From Chrysomallon squamiferum (lineage: Eukaryota > Animalia > Mollusca), in NCBI GenBank assembly GCA_012295275.1, contig CM022675.1, forward strand, positions 16,368,001 to 16,432,000: DNA of 64,000 nt. Direction: 5' to 3'. Both the position numbers and the translations under genes were made by a program. Under the pieces are notes generated by a model. That model was not told the origin of the DNA, ran no database searches, and worked only from the letters and a program-made list of their open reading frames with translations. This document shows, piece after piece, positions 39,165 to 51,000 of this stretch; position 1 is the first letter of the stretch, and each line of letters starts with the position of its first letter.

Positions 39165-41073
39165 TGTGTGAATGGATACATTTATTTGTGTAATATTAAT
39201 AATCGGCTTTAAAGATAGATAATTGTTTCTAAGTTTAGGCTAATTTAACTAATTCAAATTAATACAGATAAATTGATGTATAGATATCGAGGATTCTGAT
39301 GTAATTTGTTTAATTTTAATTCTGATTTTTTTAAAGATTGCCAAAACGGCGGAACAGCAGTGAATAATATTTGCATTTGCACAGATCAGTGGTATGGAGC
39401 CGTATGCAACATGAGTAAGAATAATTATTTCATTACTATTTTGATGATGCTCTTAAAATGTTTCGTTTCTTATGTTTTTCTAAGCGGGCATTGATTTCTG
39501 GCTTGTTTCTATTTTGTTTGTTTCTTTGTTTTTTGTTTGTTTTTATATGTGTGTTTGCTCTTTATTTGTTTGTTTTTAAGATATTACGCTGTTTAATTAT
39601 CCTTACTACACATTAAACTGTCGCAAACACTCGCTTTTCTCGCTAAAGTAAATATAATGTTATGTAACACTCTATTCTACTATAAACTCTACTCTACTCT
39701 ATTCTACTTAACTGTAAACTCTATTCTATTCTATTCTACTGTAAACTCTATTCTATTCTACTCTACTATAAACACTATTCTACTCTACTCTGCTCTACTA
39801 TATTATACTATACATTACTACACTGCATTATGCTTTACTATGCTGTGATCTACTATACTGGTTTATTATTACACTTTCCTGCACTATACTTCATTACAGT
39901 ATGCTATATTATATTACAACATTAGAATTAATTAACCTGTATGTAATTAATATTTAATAGATAGCTAAAGATTTATATATCGGTGCAACTGATGAAAGCT
40001 TTGATTCATGAAAATAATTACGTCTGATTACACTAATAAATTTTAATAATGGACTTTATTTAACCAACAAAAAAAAATGTATACGCTTGTACTTTAGTGT
40101 AGCAGGCACAAAATGTTTTCAGAAGAATCCTTCACCATGGATTATATATATTATATTATATTATATTATATTACATTAAAGAAAAAAATAAAGAAAAAAT
40201 AGCTAAATTAATGATGTATTCCCACACTCTAAGAAAATTATTTAAATAAAATAAAAAATAAAAAATAAATAAAGCAAAGAAAAACACATTTCACATTAAT
40301 AACCTTTAACTGTAGTATACACAGACCTCTAGTCAATTACAGTGCATTCGTTTTTCTTGTTTTGTCATCAGGTTGTGCCGCTGGAGCTCAGGCTGCAGCT
40401 ACAACAGCCTTTACAACCTCGTGTACGTCATCAGTCGTATCTCACAACTGTCAACAATCTTGCGGAAGTTGTACAAGTAAGTGTACTTTAAGTTGTCGTA
40501 GAAATTACGTTTATTCTGACACTATAAGTACAATATAAATCGAAAAGAAAATATTCACACTTTACGTTCTTTTTGTGTTAGCGGTTAATAGGTTTCTTAT
40601 TACATTAGTCAGGTGTTTTAAATTATTAAAATTCTGTTGAAAACTCAATAAATAATCAGTAGAAAATAATTATATAAAAAGATGGTGAAGATATTAGAGG
40701 TAAGCGTGATAATGACTTAAAATAATAGGACGATTCCAAAAACAAAATTGACAACGACAACAACAATAACAACAACAATTATAATAATGATAATGACGAC
40801 GATTATGATAGTACTGATATGATGGTGATAATGACTATGATGATGATGATTATCATGATGAAAATAATGAAGTGATGATGATAATTTTGATAACGATGAT
40901 AATAATGATGATGATGGTGATGATATTGTTTTTTCTTAGCACCGTGGGGATGCGCAGACAGAGGTACTTGGTTCTGCAGAATAATGACTCAGCGAAGTCA
41001 ACAAACTGGAACTGCTACATTCTGTGCTGCATTTCCTCCTGCAAATCCACGTACCTGCGCAAAACTTTGTTAA
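38673..41073 (+). CDS. Gene B: intact 124-aa secreted EGF-ShK-ShK-like cysteine-rich protein, join(38673-38730,39337-39414,40372-40476,40940-41073)
   Basis: MLFLQIFVVCMVMLYSTCQ/NCQNGGTAVNNICICTDQWYGAVCNM/SCAAGAQAAATTAFTTSCTSSVVSHNCQQSCGSCT/TPWGCADRGTWFCRIMTQRSQQTGTATFCAAFPPANPRTCAKLC*. Introns are phase-1 GT-AG. A non-coding last exon starts at 41317 with AATAAA at 41348-41353 and is homologous to the last exon of A. Confidence 0.88.
39337..39414 (+). CDS. Gene B exon 2, EGF-like module
   Basis: CQNGGT..CIC..WYGAVC; 78 nt. Confidence 0.88.
40372..40476 (+). CDS. Gene B exon 3, ShK-like module ending CQQSCGSC
   Basis: cag/gtaagt boundaries; 105 nt. Confidence 0.85.
40940..41073 (+). CDS. Gene B exon 4, second ShK-like module and stop
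   Basis: tag acceptor; CAD...WFC...FC...CAKLC then TAA. Confidence 0.85.
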
Positions 41074-41385
41074 AGTAATATGTCTTATTATTTGTTCAAT
41101 ATTAATTGAACTTTCAGTGTAAGGATGTTCTATTAAAAACACTAATTCTGATAGCGCGCGCGCACACACAGACATGAGAACATCGACGAGAATGTGTCAT
41201 GTTAAACACTGGTTTTTCATTAATGTGTATGTGTATATATATATATATATATATAATTGTTTCAAAAAATTCTAGTCTTCCATGTTTGTGTAAAATAATT
41301 TTATTTTATTTTTCAGAAAACAGAAATTCACTGCTGATTTTCAAAAAAATAAATAATCTTAACAGCTGTAATTTTCATTTATTTT

Positions 41386-41481
<96 letters not shown>

Positions 41482-41990
41482 TCTTCGAAGTATACAAATA
41501 TACTCTGCCGAGGATAGATCCTACCAACGTTCATGCCCCAGTCTATACGAGAACTAAATCGTTGAAAATAATGTTCTAAGGAGAGTCAATGTCAAAACTC
41601 GTTTAGGTCACCAATGTTGGTCACTTTACGAAAAAAACATTTAAAGTCTAGTAGCCTAAGATTGCCATCTTAAAGAGAAAGAATCAAGGAATTTTTTTGT
41701 TTTTAACTGTGTTGTGTTTTCCTTATTAATCTGAGCTGGAATCTCATAGAGATAACGAGTTAATTTAAATGGCTGTTCAAACTAATGATGATAAGCTACT
41801 CACATACTTCGGTATCTCATAAGACAAATTCTGAATGGTTTTTTAGTCATAGAAATGGCACAAAAAACGTCAGTTAATTTAAATTTTTTGCGAGTCTTGA
41901 TGGCTTCCTCGACAGTCCATGTACCTGTAGAACCCAATGGAGATGTAGATCTGAGGATTATTTTAACACCAGAAGGATTACATGAAATTA

Positions 41991-42029
<39 letters not shown>

Positions 42030-42266
42030 TTCACCTGACCCAGCTAAAAGATGTCGTAGCACCCGTATTATTTTGAAGTTTCATGATAGATTTATTTTAG
42101 GAATTTCTTAGGACCGACGTACTATCAAACTGTGGTTTTGACAGCAAACTCTTTGGGAAACACAATCAAATATAGCAATTTTTCAGAATGGTCGCCGTCA
42201 GAAACATTTAGCGACGGTATCCAGTGTATTAGTGTAGGAACTTCATATCAGTGTATTTTCTTGTTT

Positions 42267-42461
42267 CCATGGTGAAGGATTCTTCTGAAAACATTTTGTG
42301 CCTGCTAGACTCTTGATAAATAAAATCCATTATCAAAATTTAGTAGAGTAATCAGAAGTAATTATTTCATGAATCAAATCTTTCATTAATTGCTATATAT
42401 AAATCTGTTGCTATATATTAAATATTAAATAAATATGGGTTAATTAATTCTAAAATTGTAA
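42267..42461 (-). repeat. Inverted copy of a gene B intron-2 segment (~39915-40140)
   Basis: ccatggtgaaggattcttctgaaaacattttgtgcctgcta is the exact reverse complement of 40100-40140, and homology continues for ~200 bp. Mirrored at ~60918-61111 vs ~63244-63462. Confidence 0.8.
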
Positions 42462-42477
42462 AATACATTTAGCATCG

Positions 42478-43021
42478 AAACCCGCCCTCCCTTTGACATA
42501 GCTCTACCTAATTAGTGATACCGCAGTTTGGGACTATTTCCTGTCCCAAAATATTTCCAAAAGAAAATCCACCGTCAAACCTTCTGAATACTCGATGCTC
42601 TAAAAAAATCAGTTTACAGTCCTCTTTTGAAAATCAGCTCTTGATCAGTATATAAATAATTTCTACTTTTCGCCAAATTGCTTCTACGATTGCTGTTTTG
42701 GCCGATCTTTTGGTAATTCCTATACTTTTTAATACTTTTTGATGCATCCATTCTGATATACCGTTCTGAAAGACACAAACTTGTAATCTTTTTACCAGTT
42801 TGTCGCACCATTTGTAAAACACTGTCCAGGTCCAAATTATAGACCACAGTGTAAATAATGTTATCTTAATTTGTCAGCAGACATAGGTTAATGACCTTTC
42901 TTCTACAATTTCTCTATACAGAATATTTCAGAATGTATCTTGTCTATTCTGTATCTTTAAAAAATATTCGAAGGGGTCTTCATTCCTCCCACCCTCCTGT
43001 CAATTCCGGCGTACGGGCCTG
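42478..43021 (-). mobile_element. hAT-Tip100-like non-autonomous fragment (mirror at 60357-60905)
   Basis: Terminus CAGGCCCGTACGCCGG followed by G-rich subterminal sequence; a degenerate hAT C-terminus-like stretch (NLDLDSV...KRLQV). Confidence 0.45.
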
Positions 43022-43229
43022 AAATGAGAGATAAACCCCGCAGCAGCCATATTGTTAGTTAGTGTCTTCTTCCCACGAGTATCAAGGAATCTTTTAAATG
43101 CACTGATCACCTTAATAACCAGTGGCTGGATTGGAAAGTGTCTCTAAAAAGGTCAATTTAGAGCAAAAATCTCTGTGATGTGGTTATAGGAAGAGGACGT
43201 TACTACGTCCCACAAGCTAACATCCAAAA

Positions 43230-44290
43230 TGGCGGACGGTTGCAGATGGCGTAGTTAATCTGAAAAGTATTCCAGATGATGTGTCGGTTTCATATCTTTC
43301 TGAGAGCTCGGGCCTTTCCAGAAAAGCACACGAAAAAGGTTTAAATTATTTTACGCAAGGCTATATGCAATATATAATAATTTCAGCAACCGAAAGTGAA
43401 TGCGAGATGCTGGCGTTCCATGAGGAAAAACGACTCGGCACACGAACTGCACATTCAAGTTTGTTTGGAGACGAAAAAGCTATCAGTGGCTAACTGCTCC
43501 TGTAAAGCTGTATGAATATATTTTGGTCTTAAACTGACACTGCAGCATGGTTTATTTTAGTGAAAGAAAAAAGAAAAGTAACAAACCAGAATTATAACAA
43601 ATGACACATGTGCTTTAAAGCTGCATTTCAAGACTGTTTGTAAGAGTTGAACATTTACAATAGATCGCCCAAATGTTTAGTTTGAATTCAGCTCACAACA
43701 AAGTTTGATCATATGCATCACACACACACTAAATAGCTTTTTTTGTACACTGTCTGTGGGTCCATTGGGCCATTTCTTGTTCAAAGCAGTGCACCATGAC
43801 TGTTATATACTACCCTGTCTGTAGGAAGGTACTGCTAATCAAAAATAGTAGTCCATGAAGTGGCAACAGCGGGTTTCCTCTCTTAATATAGTAGCCATAT
43901 GTCGGACACATATAACCATAAATAAAATGTGTTGAATGTGTCATGAAAAAAAAACATTATTTTCTTCTTGTTTTTCTGTTCAATGGCTGTGTGTATCTAC
44001 GTATATTATTCGTATTTGGCTAATTCGTATATAGCTAAATATCAACTGTGTGGACTATTATTATTATTTGAAAACATGTTCATCTTTATAAATGACTTTC
44101 ATTTTGAAAGTTAGGTCGTCCGCATAGTCGAATCCATTTTTTTAAAAAAAATTCGCGTTTTATTTTTGTCTTCGGAAACGGTATAAATGTCAAATGCTAT
44201 CCACTTTGCATGTCTCAGATTAGTTGAAGTTCCGAAGTGATTGACATCTGTGGAAACAGGAATTGGCTGATCCATTAGTTTCGTGTTTAC
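43230..44290. mobile_element. Internally deleted ISL2EU-like element: SWIM-protein N-terminus (+) converging on a THAP-domain N-terminus (-); mirror at ~59095-60150
   Basis: Plus strand: RKAHEKGLNYFTQGY...SVANCSCKA, the SWIM CxC motif (in frame in the mirror copy). Minus strand: FIPFPK...KKWIRLCGRPNF, a THAP signature, frameshifted. Oppositely oriented THAP-transposase and SWIM/YqaJ genes are characteristic of ISL2EU. TIRs were not resolved. Confidence 0.55.
43756..43968 (+). mobile_element. 5'-truncated Meta-core SINE (mirror at ~59410-59621)
   Basis: cagtgcaccatgactg...tgctaatcaaaaatagtagtccatgaagtggcaacagcgggtttcctctc...ataaaatgtgttga resembles the gastropod Meta-SINE body and tail, recognised from memory. 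Confidence 0.7.
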
Positions 44291-44715
44291 TCCGTAAAGA
44301 ATCGAAAATATACCATATAGATAATGTTCAGAACTATCACAGAAGACAACAGATCCTGCTATCTGTGAAGCGTCAGTGATACCTTCTAACTAACTACACA
44401 ACCCGAATTCATTGTATATAAAGCATATCAGTAGACTATTGTAATACAAACATAATGGTATAACAATGAAACTTTTATATTTAAGATTATTTGATTGTAA
44501 AACCAACTAGTTTAACTTTAAACATAGAATTACTTTACAAACACCATCACCACTATCTCCACGAACAATAATAAAAATAAAATATAATTAAAAAATAACA
44601 TACCATAAATCTTAAAGTGTCAGTCTCAAACTTGCGAGGTTTCGTTGATATTAATTTATCCTGTATATAAATTATTCCTTATATCGTGTACCCAATATAT
44701 ATAGATAAATATCAG

Positions 44716-44776
<61 letters not shown>

Positions 44777-44788
44777 GGTGTGAGTGTG

Positions 44789-45380
44789 CAGTGGTACCTT
44801 GACTTACGAGTGCCCCAAATTACGAACAACTCAACATTCTCCTTTGTCTACTTCACGCGGTTAGCTCGCCGTGAAAGCATCTCTCTTGTATTGTGCTCGT
44901 GTTTTTTGTGCAGTTTTCAGTTCTTTCCCAAATCTCCATGGATCCACGACCATGGAACTTAAAGAAAATTAATATAAGGGCAGTGCTGAGCAGAAGAAGC
45001 AGATGATGTCCATTGAATTAAGTATGAGATAGCGAGGTGTGCATTTAGTCGTTTTGGCTAGGCAGTACGAGCGTAGTACTTCTACAATATGTACCATACT
45101 GAAGCAGAAGGAGTTGCTAAAGGGTGTAACTCCAGCGGAAGGTGTTAAAATAATTTGTAAACTGCGGGCCTCTGTCCCTGAAAAGTTGAAGAAACCCTAA
45201 CACCCCTAGACACTTTACAAAACCAATTTATTTCTTTACATTCTCTTATATTTTGTTTTTATACAGTATTTGTCATTTATAAACAAGTTACAAAAAATTA
45301 GGGTGGTGTTTAGGGGGCCGGAACGGATTAATAGTATCTCAATAAAATTTAGTTGGGAAAATTGAATTGGAACGAATTAA
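44789..45380 (+). mobile_element. Deleted Tigger/pogo transposon (mirror at ~58005-58596)
   Basis: TIR-like CAGTGGTACCTTGACTTACGAG. Frameshifted CENP-B-type HTH: KGSAEQKKQMMSIEL...LARQYERSTSTICTILKQKELLKGVTPAEGVKIICKLR. Confidence 0.85.
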
Positions 45381-46843
45381 ATTATATATACAGACATAGA
45401 GCGAGATACGATTAAGGTCCTCTACAGTCTATTATTATTGATTATAGCTAATAATACGTCGTGATATATTAAGGTATATGAATTACCGTAAGAACGAGAT
45501 CGACAAACAATAGAAATCATTTATATTCCGATCATGCGCGTTAGACTTAGTGAAACTGAAAAACGTGTTTTTCCACTGATAAATGTAACTGAATCTAAAC
45601 TATTAGTTTAAGATTACTTCAATAACGATTTGAAAAGATAACACAGTAGTTAGCTACAGTAATTCACACCGTAAAATATCTGTTGAAGATGTTTTAACTG
45701 TAATTAGAAAAAATTAAAAAGAAGAAAGAAAAAAGAAATATATAAAAAATAATACCTCTGTCATGGTGTAACTAGACTCTTAATCGCCGAGAGGAGCAGA
45801 AACATTTGGGCGACTTGAAAGAAGCAAAATCCTCGATTCTAGCAATTTCCTGTAATCTTTTTCTAGTTCAGTAATCATAACTTTTTATGATTTAGTTTTT
45901 GTATTTTCTACTTTACCAGGCAAGAGGGAGTATTTCGAAATCCATGTACACAAGAATGCACTAAACTAACATCAGAATTAAAAGTAATTGGTAACCGGAG
46001 ACATAAACGAATTCATTCAGTAGATATCGTCTCTAATAGAATATAGATTTATATTTTATATATTTTTAAATAAAACATGTGCATAGGAAAAAGGTATATG
46101 TAATAACCACTGCAGCTTTAATCATTTTGTTGTTCACATCCATCAGCTCGGTGCAATCTGTTGCTAGGCTGCAAAATTGTTACCGGCAGTTAAAATCCGG
46201 TCTAAGATATTTATACTTTTGCAAGAAAAAAATATCTGTACACTATCAACAAAAATAATTTTAAATCTCTGAATAATTATAGACATATATACAGGAAATT
46301 ATTATTGGCTATTTGTTTCATGGACAGTTCGAAACAGAAACTCGTTCTGCACTCTGTATTATTATTGTTGTTATTATTAATGTTGTTGTTGTTGTTGTTG
46401 TTTGAAAACAAGAAAATATGATTTAAAACAGCAACTATACATCTAGTTTGTTACTCAAATTATACTGAAGTACACACACATCCACACAGAGAAAGGCATA
46501 TATAGAGAAAAATATGGATAAATAGATATACAGCTAGAGAAACAGATATAAAGACATATAAATAGATAGATATACACTTTACAGAAAGACTAATTTATAG
46601 ACAGGTAGAAAGAGAGATAAATAGAAAAACATATAAAGAGACAGACGGATAAACAGACAATTAGAACTAGATAATAGATAGGCTGATAGTCAAATGTATA
46701 AGAATACAGTCAAAAATACTGAGAAATAAGCTCACATAAACAGATAGACAGTTTTTGGATAAGAGTTAACATTATTATTCTTCCTTTCGGAAAACATTCA
46801 TGAATACATTTTTGTGAACAGTCGACTTACAGTATGAAAAAGA

Positions 46844-47083
46844 ATGAATCCGAAAATTAGATATTATCGAAGAAAAAGTAAGCCTCCAAGCTACATGATA
46901 TTGTTTCTGACAGTTGGACTGGTTGTCTCTGTCGTTCCGATTTTCATGGTTTCGTCTGAAAACTCAGATATATGGTGCATAAACTGGAGACCAGTCTTTG
47001 AGCAGAGTCTCCTGTATGCTAGACCCATCTTTTTCGTTATTCTTCGACATCTAAATATCTTTTATGAGCAATACTGTGGCTAA
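46844..47083 (+). pseudogene. Frameshifted, truncated copy of the 114-aa ORF at 56188-56532
   Basis: Identical for 79 aa, then 4 nt shorter (ggctaaccc vs ggcttacgtaccc), which gives TAA; cut by the arm boundary at 47145. Confidence 0.35.
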
Positions 47084-48089
47084 CCCTGTGGAATTTGGGA
47101 CACATTATATTTGCAAGTTATTTTATTGTTGTAAATATTTTGTTTAATGTTAACTTATTTATTTATATAGACTGCTCTCAATTTAGTGTTTATATTCCTT
47201 GTTAGGTGGCCATTAAAGCACATTTACAAAACATTTACAATAGAGAAATAAACACAACACAAGTTAAGGTACAAGTTAATTATTTAATTATGATATACAG
47301 GTGACTTGATAATAATACACTATATAATCGATAAAACATATATTTAAGTAATTTTTATTAATGTTACCACGATAAAATAAGAATCCACATGGAGGACAGA
47401 TAAAACAATAAAATTTTAAAGTATATTAAATATTAATGATATAGGTTAATTGCACATTTCACCCTCTCAAAATAAGAATAGACACTGACTTACCATGCAG
47501 AGAATGATATGCAAAAACATTAGTTCCTCGCCTGACTGAGCTCTCGTGTTGGTCTTTTGCTTCTCTGCTTAATTACAGACAGACAGACTGAAAAATATTT
47601 AACGTGCTAATCAAAGCAAGCTGTTGTGAAGCACGTCTACGACGGGCACGCTTTCTGACAGGTCAGCGGGCGTGTCTGTCGCAGAAAAGAGTTTGCCAGT
47701 GATCTTTTTATTGGTTTAAAAAATATTATATACACATGAACAACATCAGTAATTAAAACAGTAGTAAGTTTGTGCTGAACTTATTTACAAGTGTTGACAA
47801 ACTTTCATTTGATCTATGTTAGGTTGTTTAATTCTTATTTCTTCTTTTTCAAGCCTGAAATGATAAGTTCAGTTATACACCTAAAAAGAATAAGAATATG
47901 AAAGTAGTTAACCTATTTACATTTATTATGGAGTTTTAAGTTCCGATAACCTGGTTAATATTAGGTTCTATAGTCTGAAAGTAAGTGGGTTTTTTAGATT
48001 AGTTTAATCGGCTAGTCAGTTAATTCGTCAATCAGCCGATCCATCAGTAGACCAATCAGCTGCTCAACTAATCAATCTGTAAGTCAGTT

Positions 48090-51000
48090 AATTTGTTTAT
48101 TTGTTGTTTTTGTTTTGTATAGAGTGTGTTTGCTTGATGTGTTTGATTATAATTGTGTTTGATTATAATTGTGTTTTAAAAAAAGTCAATAAAGAAAAGA
48201 AAAAAACAACCAAACTTTCATCTCCTTGAGTTTTAAAGATTGTATTTTGTGTTCATAATGTAAGTTGTCACTGCAGCGAGGACTATCTCCCTATTTTCCA
48301 TGTTTAGTGACAAGATGTTTTCAAGTGTGAACTCGATTTTTAGTTTGTTCAGTGTATCACAGTAATGTTAGTCGTTCCTTGGCAAAGATTGGACAGTAAA
48401 ATAAGTCGTGTTTCGTGTTTTCAGAAACAGCTGCAGCTGGGTGATGTGGTGATTTTACATTTGAATCTGATTGAGTTTAGATTGGTCGAATAGCCGATTC
48501 TGAGTTTGGTGAGACTGTTGTTGTGTAGTTTGTTGGTAAGTCCGAATTTAGGTGTTTTGGTGAATGGTTTAATATTGAAGTGTTATTCGTTTTTAGTGTT
48601 ATTCCATTCGTTTTGCCACTGTTTGTCGTAATGTTTGGCTGCGATGGAAAGAATTTCATTTGTTCCATAGTGTATGTCTGTGCAGATGTTCTTGTCTTTG
48701 ATATCGAGTGACTCTTTAGCATAATGGTCGGCAAGTTTATTGTATATGAGTAGGTCTGGTCTGCTGGAATTTCCAGATTGTATGGAGGTGACGGAACTGA
48801 AGCTGTCTGAGAATATGACTGGGTGTTTGTTGTTGTTATGTTTTATCCATAACTTAGCTCTGATGATGGCAACCAACTCTGCTGTGTATACAGAATGGTG
48901 ATTTATTACAAGCCGGCAGCGGGAATTCCCCTATTCCAGTTTCCCTTTCTATTTCGCTGGCTTTTGAATTTTCAGATAGTATTTAGGTAGCTGTAGCTTT
49001 CGTCTGTATTTAAGTGGTTGTATGTCGGATGGTGTTATGTTTGGCAGATGGCCAATTAGTTTAAGGGCGCTGGTTTTTATTATATCTAATTGTTTCTTAA
49101 AGAAAGTTCGGCGGCATTTGAGTAAGCCGTGGCTCTGTAGTCGAGCTTGGAGGGAATACATGCTTTGTAAATTAGAATTAGCGTTGACTCGTTTTCTCCT
49201 CAACTGGTCCCGGAAATTAGTTTTAAAAGGTTCAGTGTCTTTTTGCAAGATGCGATTGTGATATGTATATGGCATCGAAAGTTAAGTTGACTATCGAATG
49301 TTACACCTAAAAAAATTGAATGTTTTTCTTTATGTTATTATATTGTTATCAATTTTTAGTATTATTTGTTTGTTGTCTTGTTTTTTGTTAAAGAGGAGGT
49401 ATGTTGTTTTAGACAGAGAAATCTTTATGCCCTACTTTAACGCCCAGTCGTTTAGATTGTTAAAGTCTGTTTGTATTTGATTGTTTAATGCTAGACTGAT
49501 CTGTCTGCTCGCCAAAAAGCGAGGTCGTCAGCAAAGAGTGCTGTGTTTATTGGTTCACTTGGGGGATTTTATGCGTTGTTTTGTTTGTTGAGTGCTGTGA
49601 CGATGTCGTTGATGTAAATGTTGAAGAGTGTTGGCGAGATCACTGAACCTTGTGGAATGCCGTTACCGATGAATGTTTTTTCCAAGGTGTGACCATTTTA
49701 TTTTGACTGATATTGATCTGTTGTTAACAAAATCTTTTATAAAATTAAACACGTTGCCTTTCATATTGTTATTAATTAATTTGACGAGTAGTCCTTCCCT
49801 CCACACCATATCGAAACATTTTTCGATGTCTAGGAATAATGCGATGACTTTTTTGGATTTACTGAAAGATTGGTTAAATGAATTTTGTAGGCTCGTGATT
49901 TGGTCGTTTGTGTTGTGCTTAGCCCTAAAGCCGCTTTGATATTTACTAATTAATTTGTTGTCGTTTAAGTGCTGATTTAGGCGTGTGTTTATCATTGTTC
50001 CCAATGTTTTTTTCACATGTGTGATGTCAGTGTGATTGGTCTGTAATTGTTGGGTAAAGACTGGTCTGTATGGCGTTTAGGCAGATTCAGCGTATTTCCT
50101 GTTTGCTGGAATCTTGCCTATGGTCCACATTGTGTTGAAGACGTCAAGTATAATTAGTAATGTTTCTTCTGGTAGGTGTTGCATTATTGTGTAGCTTATT
50201 TTGTGAGGACCTGTGGCAGTACTTTTTTGTTTTTAAGGGCATATTTTAATTCATTTATGTTGAAGTTTAGATTGTATTTCATGTGTTCTGTCTGTGATAT
50301 GTTCGTTAACTGCTAGGTTGTCTAGAGGTTTTTTGTGAATTTGAGTGGGAAGTTTGAATTGCTGCTTGACTTGGCGAAAGTTTCACTGAGTACATCTGTT
50401 TTATTTGTCAGTCAAAGCGATGTTGTTTTTGCCAAGAGTGTTGATTGTGTCAGATGTTTTTCCTTATATGTTTTTTACTTTGGTCCGCATGTCTTTGAGT
50501 GATGTTTTGTTGTTTATGTTTTTGCAAAAATGTTCCCAGGGTTCTTGTTTTGCAATAAGAATTAGGTTAGATATTTCGTTTTTAGCTATTTTATACTTTT
50601 TATGTGTGGAATGATTTTTTTATTTTTTGTATTGTCTTCTGTATTTGTTTCTTTCTTTGCATTTGCTTTCTATATGTTCAGTCCACCAGTGAGTAGATAT
50701 TTCGTTAGTGTTCTTTTAGTTTTGGGTGTGTAATTGGTGGCAAATGAGTCTGTCGTAGTGGTCTGTGGTGTGCAATAATTGGCGATGTTGTTGGGTTTTT
50801 TATGTTGATGTTTTTGCATGCTTTGTGTTTAAAAATGGATTTGTCTGAGAAAGTGTTTTTGCTGTTGTAGTTGGTACTTTTTAGCTCATTAAGCACTTGC
50901 CATTCGCTTAGCGTTGCAACGTCTTTGCTTGTTAATGTTAAATCAATGGCGGACTTTGCACCACAGATCTCACTGGTGTTCCGTCGTGGAGACACACTAG

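Larger units (their letters stand above)
39289..47145 (+). repeat. Left arm of a large near-identical inverted duplication (may extend further left)
   Basis: Reverse complement of 56227-64000. Mirrored ORFs in the track include 39306/63983, 42847/60531, 43281/60097 and 46844/56532. Confidence 0.95.

Noticed and set aside
40872-41078. 68-aa ORF MMMIILITM... as a secreted peptide (and its mirror 62302-62508)
   Set aside because: It is the wrong frame of exon 4, and its hydrophobic N-terminus is a (GAT)n microsatellite. The conserved frame is the one shared with gene A.
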